Part shown: one piece after another, positions 63,210-64,000 of the stretch
Layout of the letters: each line of letters begins with the position of its first letter
Position numbering within the stretch: the first letter of the stretch is position 1
NCBI GenBank assembly: GCA_001643675.2
Contig: LSRY02000039.1
Span: 620,001-684,000 of the forward strand
Reading direction: 5' to 3'
Source: Monocercomonoides exilis PA203
Taxonomy: Eukaryota; Protista; Preaxostyla
Length of the DNA: 64,000 bases
Position numbers and translations under genes: made by a program
Notes under the pieces: generated by a model
The model's database searches: none
The model's input: the letters and a program-made list of their open reading frames with translations, nothing else
What the model was told of the DNA's origin: nothing

Positions 63210-64000
63210 TGGAAAAAGAAAAGAAAAAACTTTATCAACATCGTCTTCTTCATCTTCTTATCTTCATTTTTATCCCCCACACCTTAATCCCCTTCGAGTT
63301 TGACTCAAAATGTATAAAACCAATCCCTCTGAATTTCTTCCCTTCCTCCATTGGCAGCTCCACCCTCACAACAGCCCCGTATTTTGATGCAGCCTTCATT
63401 ACAGCGTCTTCAAATTTCGAACTCGAAGAATTCACTTTCGTTCCATCGAAGCGGAGCATGACGCTCGACTTGAGGGTGACTGAATCTGCCCAGCCGATGG
63501 CGAGAGGCAAGGGCACTGGGGAGCGTAAGATCCAGGAGTTGGCTTCGTTGACCAAAAAGGAAAATGAATGGAATGTTCGATAGGGGGCAGGTAAGTTTTC
63601 GAAGAATTCTTTAGCTGCTTCAAGTGATGACAATGTTTTCTTTGCAACATAGGCATCAGCTCGCTTGGAGAAACAGACGTACACAGTATTATCATCACTC
63701 ACATCCACACTATCAACTTGACCAAAAAGACCAAACAAGTAACGAAGATGCTCTTCGCTCGTTCCTGACGGAACACCAGAAACTATAAGATTTGAATTTC
63801 TTTTGGCATGACGAACTTTTATTGGACGTGAATCGAGTGGCTAGACATATAATTAATAACAGAAATTAAAAAAAAAAAAAGTTAAAGAAAAAGGAACTTA
63901 ATTAAGGATGACACACATAACCATCGAATTTCAAAATCGCTTTATTTGGAGCTTCAAAATCTTCAAAATAAACAAAGCCATATCCCAAACTTTTCCTCTC
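57648..64000 (-). CDS. Multi-RRM RNA-binding protein with ~1800-aa Ser/Gln/Glu-rich tail; exons 63917..>64000, 63283..63840, 57648..63065; 5' end outside window
   Basis: RNP1 KSLGYGFV, NLIVSGVP..FGLFGQVDSV..VYVCF, RGIGFIHF; GT-AG introns 63841-63916 and 63066-63282 keep the frame; 5.4-kb open last exon. Confidence 0.85.

Overview
AT-rich, intron-containing eukaryotic DNA using the standard genetic code. The expanded gene families, poly-Ser tracts and GTTTG/GTATG introns suggest an oxymonad such as Monocercomonoides (inference). Most of the window is a nest of cut-and-paste DNA transposons carrying host-gene fragments. The main find is an 18.4-kb element (22424-40809) with GGG...CCC termini, 28-bp TIRs and a 4-bp ATGT target-site duplication that splits a surface-protein gene. 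At its centre is an intact 3-exon gene (1215 aa) for a Sola2-like DDD transposase with a complete USP (peptidase C19) deubiquitinase domain inserted into it. A GC-rich ~130-nt structured-RNA candidate follows the stop codon, and two outward-facing cargo pseudogenes (an AT-hook protein and an ABCC transporter) flank the transposase. This element sits inside an AGATG-terminal element (3-bp TSD), which sits inside a TA-flanked palindromic MITE. Also present: a second AGATG element, two hAT-like cargo-carrying elements with 8-bp TSDs, a DD35D pogo element disrupted by a MITE, IQCH-like and SPAG6/PF16 fragments, a 2-TM orphan gene and a multi-RRM Ser-rich gene that runs off the window end.
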